DNA of 64,000 nucleotides from Podarcis pityusensis (Eukaryota): assembly GCA_964106645.2 (NCBI GenBank), contig OZ067050.1, one strand, 5' to 3'. Of the stretch, positions 63,817 to 64,000 are shown one piece after another (the stretch's first letter is position 1; the number at the start of each line of letters is the position of its first letter). The position numbers were made by a program, and so were the translations under genes. The notes below the pieces were generated by a model. That model searched no databases. It was not told the DNA's origin and saw only the letters and a program-made list of their open reading frames with translations.

Positions 63817-64000
63817 CTCTAACCATTGTGGCGTAGCTAGCTAGCTTAGGTTGCAATCCTATGCACCCTCACAGGGGAGTAAGCCCCATTGCGCACAGTG
63901 AGACATACTTCTGAGTAAACATACCTAGCACAGCATGGTGAGTAACTTAGAATTACTAGGGAAAACTGGAGTCTCCTACCCTGTTTGCTGTCCATAATTC

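Overview
Vertebrate genomic DNA, most likely from a lacertid lizard (inferred from the Sauria/POM-type and Squam3-type SINEs). The window covers part of the type I (acidic) keratin cluster. Four tandem + strand keratin genes can be reconstructed exon by exon using the canonical type I rod exon sizes (83/157/162/126/218 bp). Gene A (9206-18253, 604 aa) and gene B (25018-35691, 487 aa) are K10-like sister paralogs. Gene C (39526-48274, 487 aa) has mixed K12/K24 features and a GC-AG intron 4. Gene D (57334 to beyond the window end; exons 1-5 seen) is K24-like. Each gene has a TATA box, and the three complete genes have AATAAA signals. Introns and spacers are filled with SINEs, L1/L2/CR1/RTE/RTE-X LINE fragments, Tc1/mariner-type and hAT MITEs, a solo LTR and microsatellites. 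Most ORF-track entries are repeat-derived or antisense shadows. I see no prokaryote-style novel system. The most interesting signals are the paralog expansion with remodelled head and tail domains, non-canonical or competing splice donors, a promoter module shared by two paralogs, and TE arrangements that could alter keratin RNA processing. Orthology labels rest on recalled human keratin motifs and need phylogenetic confirmation.
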